From: an uncultured delta proteobacterium
GTDB lineage: Bacteria; Myxococcota; Myxococcia; Myxococcales; Myxococcaceae
Assembly (NCBI GenBank): GCA_963771175.1
Contig: CAVYSY010000016.1
Coordinates: forward strand, 1 to 38,743
Reading direction: 5' to 3'
Length of the DNA stretch: 38,743 bases
Made by a program: the position numbers and the translations under genes. This document shows, piece by piece, positions 31,835-38,743 of this stretch. Below the pieces are notes generated by a model that did not search any database, was not told the DNA's origin, and saw only the letters and a list, made by a program, of their open reading frames with translations. The first letter of the stretch is position 1. Every line of letters starts with the position of its first letter.

Positions 31835-33227
31835 TCAGCTCGCGAGCGACAGGGCGCAGGCGCGCGCGGCCGAGGGGGTGACGCCGAAGCCGCTCGCGTC
31901 CCGCACCACCCAGCCAGCGATGTCCGCCAGGGGTCCACCGGTGATGTCGATGCCGTCCGGCCCACGCCGCGCATCCACCTGGCCCACATGGACGCAGGTG
32001 TGCACGCTCACGCGCGAGCCGGCCGCGCGGGCCCGGGCCCGCTCGTGGAGCTCCCGTGCCGTCACCAGCAGCGCGTGCGGCTCCAGGCGCGGGGGCTCCT
32101 CCAGGGGCCGCACGCCCAGCAGCGCCATGCCCGTCTGCACGGCGAGCACGAAGCCCGCGGCGCGCAGGTCCTGCTCCAGCGCGTCGAGCACCTCGGCGAC
32201 GGCGGCGTACGCGGCGTCATCCTCGGCGCCCTCCTCGAGCACCACCTCCGCGTGCAGGGCGAAGGCGCGCACGCTGCGGCCGGTGGTCGACACGCGCTCG
32301 CCAGACGAGGGAAACACCGCCTCCTGCAGCGCGGCGCGGAAGGAGGCCACGTCCGGGAAGCGCCGCTCCGCCTCCTTCTCCAGGCAGCGCAGCACCACCG
32401 CGTCCACCGCCGGTGGCACCGGGGCCTCGGCGCTCGGCCGCGGCGGTGGCGCCTCCAGGTGCATCCGCTCCACCTCCAGCCGGTCCTCGGACTGGTAGGG
32501 ATAGTGGCCCGTCAGCATCTGGTAGAGCAGCACGCCCAGCGCGTAGATGTCCGTGGAGGGGCCGATGGAGCCGCCGCGGAACTGCTCGGGCGCCATGGCC
32601 TGCGAGGTGCCCAGCCGCTGGCCCGCCATCGTCAGCCCCTCCTGCCCCGGCTCCGGGTGGATGAGCTTGGCGATGCCGAAGTCCAGCAGCTTCACCACCG
32701 GGCGGCTCGCTCTCGGACACCACCGCCACGTTGCTCGCCTTCAAGTCGCGGTGCACCACGCCCGCGAGGTGGGCCGCCTCCAGCGCGGCGCAGACCGGCT
32801 CGAGGTAGGCCAGCGCCCGCTCCGGTGACAGCAGCCCCCGCTCCTGCAACATCTGGCTGAGCGTGCGCCCCGGCAGCAGCTCCATCACGTAGTACGGGCT
32901 GCCGTCCGGCAGCATGCCGAAGTCGTAGACGTCCACGATGTTGGGGTGGCGGATTTGATTGACGACCCGCGCCTCGCGCACGAAGCGCTGCAACATCTCT
33001 CCCTGGTCCGTCAGGTGCGGGTGCAGCACCTTCACCGCGGCACGTCTGCCGAGGATACGGTGTTCAGCTTCGTACACCGCGCCGTGGCCTCCCGAGGCCA
33101 GCACGGCCTTGAGCATGTATTCACCAGCGAGCGCGCCCGGAGCGAGCTGCACCCGGGCCGAAGGGGCTCGGGGCGGCGTCCGCTCGTTTCGCGGGAGGAT
33201 GTGGAAGGTGCTGTCCGTGTCCGCCAT
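31835..33227 (-). CDS. Ser/Thr protein kinase, PktA5-like by position (apparent indel near 32700)
   Basis: LASGGHGAVY, AAVKVL, HRDLKASN, DFG, APE and DIYALG. Divergent from the espA-like gene, as in the M. xanthus esp locus. Confidence 0.9.
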
Positions 33228-33449
33228 TGCTTAAAGATTAGCACCGCCAGCGGAGTCATCCCGAACAGGGGGGACCCCCCTCTGTCGAGAGGCGGGCAAC
33301 TTCGGCTACCTTCAGGCTCCCGGGTGTCCAATGGCGGATGAATGGGGGCGGTGGCCGCCAGCACGAGGCCGGGGGGGTGTGCCGTCGAATTCAAGTCTGC
33401 TGGATACTCCACTGGCTGAAGAAACTCCTGCCCCCAGGAAGAGCAAGCC

Positions 33450-35769
<2,320 letters not shown>

Positions 35770-35773
<4 letters not shown>

Positions 35774-37590
35774 GCGACCGGAGGCTGGGACGTGCCGGAG
35801 CGACCCCCAAGTCGGCCCCGGGGGAGTCGAAGACCCCCTCGCTTCATGCCATTCCCGCCGTCCAGCCCCCGCCGCCCGAGCTGACGGCGCGCGCGCTGGT
35901 CGCGGGGGGCCTCATCGGCTCGGTGCTGGCCGTCACCAACGTCTACATGGGGCTGAAGACGGGCTTCTGGGAATCGGGCTGCGTGCTGGCCTCGCTGCTG
36001 GCCTATGGGGGCCTGTCGGCCTTCGCGGCCCGGCGGCGGGCTCCGCTCTCCCCGCTGGAGACCAACCTCTCCATGACGGCCGCGGTCTCGGTGGGCGCGA
36101 TGCCCGCCAGCGCCGGACTGCTGGGCGCGGTGCCGGCGCTCGCGCTCCTGGGGACGGGGACGCAACCGGCGGGTTGGGCGGTGGCGCTGTGGGGCGTGGG
36201 GCTGGGGACGCTCGGCGTGCTCTTCGCCTTCTCGCTGCGGCGGCGCCTGCTCGAGGAGGAGGCCCTGCCCTTTCCCACCGGTGCCGCCACCGCGGCGCTC
36301 ATCTCCACCCTGCACTCCACCGGCACCGCCTACACCGAGCGGGCACGGGGACTGTGGACCAGTGGCCTCGTCTCCGTGGTGCTCACCTGGCTGCGGGACG
36401 CGCGCGGCCTCATCCCCGCTTCGTCGCTGCTGCCCGGCTCGTTGCGGGTGGGCGGGCTGGGCGCGGACACCCTGCTGCTGGGCTTCGGCTGGAACCCGAT
36501 GATGCTGGGCATCGGCGTGCTGGTGGGGCCCCAGGCGGGGCTGAGCATCCTGCTCGGCGCGCTGGTGGCGTGGACGGGACTGGCGCCCTGGCTGGTGCGC
36601 GAGGGGCTCGTCACGGGGACCGATTACAGAGCCTTCTCCGCGTGGCTCCTCTGGCCCGGCGTGGGGCTGATGGTGGGCGCCTCGGCCATGTCGCTCGTGT
36701 CCCAGGTGCGTGCCCTCCCGGCCGTGGTCGCCGACCTGCGAGGGCTCGGGAGGCAGGGGGAGGGCTGGGAGGCCAGGGCCGGCCAGTGGGTGGCGAGAGC
36801 GGTGCCTTCGGCCATCATCCTCACCGGGGTGGTGGGGTGGTTCGCCTTCCAGCTCGGTCCCCTCTACTTCCTCCTGGCGCTGGTGCTGGCCTTCCCGCTG
36901 TGCGCGGTGTGCGCCCGGGCGACGGGTCAGTCGGACATCGCTCCCATCAGCCCGGTGGGGCAGATCGCCCAGTTGGGCTTCGGGATGGTGGCGCCGGGAC
37001 TGCCCGGCCTCAACGTCGCGACGGGCGCGGTGGTGTCGGGCGCCGCGTCGCATACCAGCGGGAGCCTGTGGTCGCTCCAGTCCGGACGCCTGCTCGGGGC
37101 GAGCGCCTCGCGCCAGCTCCTCGTCCAGCTCCCGGGGCTGCTGCTGGGCGCCGCCGTGGCCGTCCCCGCCTACTTCCTGCTCGTGTCCGCGCACGGGCTG
37201 GGCTCCGAGGCGCTGCCCGTGCCCACGGGCCTGCAATTCAAGGCCGTGGCGGAGGTCACCTCGCGAGGGCTGGAGGGCATGTCCCCCTCGTCCACGTCCA
37301 TCTCGGCCCTGGCCTTCGCGCTCGGGGTGGTGCTGTCGGTGGCGGCCCGCGGACGGCTGGCGCGCCTGCTGCCCTCGGCGGCGGCCATGGGCATCGGCTT
37401 CTGCGTGCCGGCCTACTACGCGGTGACGATCTGCCTGGGGGCGCTGCTGGCCGCGGGCGTGAGCCGTCTGCGGCCCTCCTCCACCCAGACCGTCCAAGCC
37501 GTGGGGGCGGGCGCCATCGTCGCCGAGGCCCTCATGGGCATGCTCATCACGGCGTTGCTGGCGCTCGGCCTCATGCGGCCGCCGGGGTGA
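35770..37590 (+). CDS. espB: OPT/YSL family oligopeptide transporter (EspB-like)
   Basis: ELTARALVAG, TNVYMGLKTG, LETN, LPFPTG.ATA and many TM helices. ATGA at 35770-35773 with upstream GGAGG. Confidence 0.82.
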
Positions 37591-37609
37591 GCCTGGAGCG
37601 GTTCCCCGG

Positions 37610-38743
37610 TTACTGGCCCTCCTCCGCGACGGGCGGAGGGGGAGGGGGCATCGGTGTTCCGGCCGGGGAACCCGCCGCGCACTGGAAGCGCCACCGTTTC
37701 ATCGTGCGCAGGTACTCGCCCGCTACCCCGGGGGGACACTCCACCAGCAGGCGCTCCGCCATGACCTCCTGCGAGGTGACGGTGTACGGGGTGGTCGTCT
37801 GGAAGCGCTTCGCTCCCATCTTGGAGCCCGTGTCGGCCTGGATGATGGCCCAGCCCGACGCCCAGTCGAAGAACCGGGGCGGGTGCTCGCGGAGGTAGGC
37901 CTGTGCCCCCTCGCCCAGCAGCTGTGGCGTGTTGAGCCCAATCATATCCACCACGAAGGGCTTGCCGAAGAAGCGCGAGGCGCCCGCGTCGAGCACCCAC
38001 ACCACGTCCTCGGGCGAGGCGTCCGCGAGGGCGAGCCCCTGCTGGACCTGCAGGTCGTCGATGTTGTGGGCGTCGTTCTCGAGCCCAGCTCAGACGCTGG
38101 GGCAGGCCCGTGGCCATGACGAGCGGCAGCAGCACCGCGACCCACATGGGCAGCCGCGGACCGTGTCTCGCCAGCCGCGACTCCAGCCATCCGCCGAGCA
38201 GCACCGGGAGTGCCGCCAGGAGGAAGGGAACGGCGGGCAGCACATAGCGCCAGGCGTAGAAGGTGTGGATGTCCTTCGTCCGGAGGAGGACCTGCGAGAC
38301 GGAGCAGAACACGAGGGCCAGGGCCACGAGCCCGGCCGCCAGACGCTCGGGGCCACTCGCGGCGTGGCGGCGGAACGCGGCCCGGAGCGCCAGCGCCACC
38401 AACACCAGCAGCACGGGCCAGGGCCACGAGACTTCCGGCACCAGTTGGGAGAAGCCAGTCCATTGCGAAAGGAGCAACGAGCCCTCGGACTGGACCTTGG
38501 CGTAGAACGTCGCCGGTAGCGGCCGACCGGAGGCGTGCAGGTTCCACGCGGCCCACGTGCCGCCGCCGAGCACCAGCCCGGCCGCCGCCTCGAGCCGGCG
38601 TTGGAGGAGGGGCTTCCAGCCCGGGCCGCGGGCGCACCACCAGTGGCAGGAGGACGAGGAAGAGCCCCACCTCGGGGCGGGCCAGCGGCCCGAGCGCGCC
38701 GCAGAGCACGTACAGGCCCGGGCGCTGGCTCCAGCAATACGGC
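37610..38743 (-). CDS. Polytopic membrane protein, GT-C/arabinofuranosyltransferase-like (partial at window edge, indels)
   Basis: ARPE, PLPATFYAK, WRYVLP and DAGA..FF...VVDMIGLNTP motifs with multiple TM segments. Confidence 0.65.

Noticed and set aside
33228..33449. Possible MrpC/FruA sites in the kinase-espA divergent promoter
   Set aside because: No good match to TGTY-N8-RAC was found by eye, only a weak TGCT-N8-AGCA palindrome.

Overview
GC-rich myxobacterial DNA (Myxococcus/Archangium/Cystobacter-like). Many single-base indels split otherwise intact genes, which looks like uncorrected long-read error. The first ~660 bp are lower in GC and look archaeal (C-terminus of an archaeal-type ProRS, a BRE-TATA promoter, an oligo-T terminator), probably a chimeric join. 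The core is the light-regulated carotenoid operon crtE-crtI-crtB-crtD-crtC-GT-crtYc-crtYd-acyltransferase-carA-carH. Its TTGACA/TACCTA promoter lies inside five tandem 11-bp CarH/CarA-type operator repeats, with a divergent gene run on the other side. The middle holds an amidohydrolase, a POT peptide transporter, an orphan ThDP enzyme, an FMN reductase and a stand-alone HMG-CoA synthase. An accessory patch at ~23.1-29.7 kb follows. It contains a protein with two papain-like domains, a secreted beta-propeller, a decayed sigma54-driven ABC permease, a 27/28-bp direct repeat and a small double-glycine-leader peptide gene with two LNPQP(L/E)PP cassettes, which is the best candidate for an undescribed system. 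The right end is an espA/espB-like locus with a divergent Ser/Thr kinase and an (NGLNL)n lipoprotein. All calls come from motif recognition by eye; no searches were run.
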